DNA of 64,000 nt, taken from the NCBI GenBank assembly GCA_017499595.2, contig CM039006.1, positions 2,232,001 through 2,296,000 of the forward strand, in the 5' to 3' direction. Under the pieces are notes generated by a model. It ran no database searches. It saw nothing but the letters and a program-made list of their open reading frames with translations, and was not told the origin of the DNA. The first letter of the stretch is position 1. Each line of letters begins with the position of its first letter. Shown one piece after another: positions 61,180-64,000 of this stretch. The stretch comes from Psilocybe cubensis. Taxonomy: Eukaryota. The translations under genes were made by a program, and so were the position numbers.

Positions 61180-64000
61180 GCGCGACAGCAAAGAATCAAA
61201 AGATTCCTACTGGAAGATCTAGTGTTGTATGTCGTTGATATTATAATCATCAAATTGTACTTATCTTTGCAATGCAGATTACCAATATTCAATTTTGTAG
61301 AGAATGAAATTTCACAGGGTAGTGTGACACTGCGGCACAATCCATCTGAAACATTAAGGCTATTGGAAGCATAGAATCCTTTTTTTGCAAACTCCTATCC
61401 AAATCTCTGCAGATGCAGTACATCAAGACCCAAAAACATTGTGGTATATGAGTTCTGATCTACATGGCGTCAGAGTCAAAGTGATAATGCATAATTATAG
61501 AAAGAAAAACTGAGGGAATGGGAGTATTTGAAATGATAGTGGCCATACAGGACAAGATAACAGTGAGGCAATCAGGCACATACACAGAACTTGATCCTGA
61601 CATAGTTTGGCTAATTCACCCAACGGCAGTCAATAACATGGTTACATTACTAGAGGGACCAAATTCAGGCAAGATTTACAAGGTTTGGAAAATGGAGGGT
61701 TCACTTTGTGGAGTATATTTCTTTCCACGTAGGAAGCTGGCAAAGAACATGCAGTATCCAAAGTATCTCACAACCAGCCTCATTCAAGTCTACCTGGGGT
61801 ATAAATAATATTGCACAATATTGCACAAAAGGACATTTTCTAGCACATTACAGTAGTGTAGTTACGGAATCGCAATACAATGGAATTTCACATTTATGGA
61901 CATATTTACATTTTTAACATTGCATTTATGTAGCATTATATGTCATTTTATTGCATTTTTAGATGTAGAGACAAGTTACATTAGTATGTATCAATCAATA
62001 TTGAGGTTTTTCAACATCATCTTCATCCTACTGATTCCAATGGTCTCCAATTTCTGCCTTTCAAGTCTTAGCTAAAGTTTTTTGTAGAAAACAGGACAGT
62101 TTTCTAATTTTTGATAAATATGAATGCAGAAATTGATAAAATTGACAGTGCACTTAAAGCACTTGGCCAGAAGATCTTGGTGGTCCTTGACTCCCGCTTT
62201 GGTATACAAGTCGTGGGTGAGATTGACTAACTTAACAAGTTCCTCCATTGGAACTGCTTTGTCCTTTTGAGGTCTTGTGTGCCACAATTTGAGAGGTGCA
62301 TATTGTTCTTTTGCAACTTCATTGGCAATCCTCTGACAAGTGTCATGCTTATCCCTACGCCTTGCCGCTTCCTTGGCTTCCTCCTTGTTGTATCCCTGTT
62401 TTTGTTTAAGTTCTTGCTGTGCCTGTTTTTTGGGGGACAGTGGCTGAAATACAAGGGACTTTATCTAAATGGTTGATTTTTTATTGATAACATCATATGA
62501 TGTTATGCGACTGATAAAAATGTCAAATGACTTTGAGTCTGTCCAGGTGGGGATATGTAGAGCACGGCTATTGCTGTTATTAGGGTTCAGAAGAAGAATA
62601 TGGATGTAAATAGAAATAAGAGGAAATTTTAAGGAAAGGTCAGAGACAAGCAGTAAGTGAATATAATATCTTCCTTCTTCATCATTTTCATCAGATTGAA
62701 TATAAAGGGGATATATAGGAGACTTGCAAGCTTCAAAAACTAGATGGCTATTAGATTTGTCTAGACTAATGAATTGACCCAGATATTTGAGGGCACTGTT
62801 GGGTTAGAGTCTGGCAAGGACAGATCCCAATATAAGTTTGAGTGCACATACTGCAAGGATTGCATAGTCAGTTATTGTTATATGCAGTTATAGTCTAACT
62901 TACAATTATGGAGCGGTTGCTTGCAAAAAATTTTCATAGTAATGGCAAAGTCAAGGCTGAGTATATTGCTATCAGGACATGGTTGATCTAGTGCCAGTAA
63001 GTAATCATAGTTGGTTTCCATGAATTTGGCAATAGCAATGTGGAAGGCAAAGATAGCAACAGGTTGACCGGAAGCATCTCCAGGCTGTGCACTAGCCTAA
63101 GACAATGGTGTAACTTATTTGTTATTTATCATAGAGCAAGTTAATTGAGAGTTGTCATCATCCAATAGTTCTGTCAGATTAGACTGTTCTTCTTCAGAAG
63201 AAGGAATGATTCAACCCTTCTCAACACTTCTACAAACTAAAGCTTTAAAGGATTCAAGATTTGACATATTGTTGTCTAGGATTTGATCCCAATCAACCTC
63301 TGGCTGGTGCAAAATTATTTGTCCTATAGCCAAATGTTTCTCGGCTGGGTGATTCTTCAGTTCACCTGCTGTTGCAACTCTTTCAAGTATTGAAAGAAGT
63401 TCTTGGGTGTCTGTGAGCATAGTAGTAAAAATATATGGAAAAACTTATTACTAGATAGGCAAAATGGGGCACAAGTACTGAATGGGAGACAACAAGATGA
63501 GCATAAAAATATGCAAACTGTGGCTATGCTCACAATTGTTCTTTGATCATTTGTTGAGGTGCTATTGAGGACTATCAAACAAATGTAAAGGGTTTGTGAC
63601 AGGGCAGAATTAAACAGGAGTACCGGTTTATTTTTTGTTCTTTACCAAGTATTTAACATTTCAAATCAACGGGATATAAAAAAATGGTTGCATAGGAGTG
63701 CATAGGCTGGCCAGGTAAACAACCAATTTTTTTGCTGAATGATCAAATGTTACATAGCTATTTGCATTTCCTATCTACTTGGTATTCTTATGAGATCAAA
63801 AAACGGTAGACTATAAATCTTCTATACAATGACCAGCTGCCAAAGCAGAAGCAAATTCCGAAGTATTTTTCACCTTCTTTCATATCTTGCAATGGTCTAA
63901 ATATGTGGAAGAGACATAGGGTATCCCACCACAAACAGACTTAAATTTGATTTTTATCTTAGAATTTTTAGGTATATCATTCATGCATTTAAAACAGTGG
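61180..64000. other. AT-rich, CpG-depleted decayed coding-like sequence, probably old transposon relics (unclassified)
   Basis: Only short broken ORFs with many stops and few CpGs. No domain recognised. Confidence 0.3.

Overview
Eukaryotic DNA with short GT-AG introns, most likely from an Agaricomycete (mushroom-type basidiomycete). The first ~22 kb is gene-rich. It holds a damaged DJ-1/PfpI gene, ornithine carbamoyltransferase, a small hypothetical gene, a tandem array of APH/choline-kinase-like phosphotransferases (two intact, three broken), a large low-complexity hypothetical gene and COP9 signalosome subunit 3. From ~22.2 kb to the end is a nested, rearranged transposon cluster: a LINE 3' fragment, five copies of a ~1.6-kb Gypsy LTR (one near-complete element), hAT and PIF/Harbinger relics, same-family Copia copies in inverted and tandem arrangement, and small non-autonomous TIR elements. 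The most unusual object is an 878-bp element with an 8-bp target-site duplication (TSD), inserted in the Gypsy primer-binding site. It carries telomere-like repeats and twelve 14-bp palindromes on a 35-bp period with variable 21-bp spacers. All six Gypsy LTR/host junctions have a CpG-centred (NCGN) flank, and the LTR has non-canonical TA...CA ends. Everything here was read by eye, and no database searches were run.
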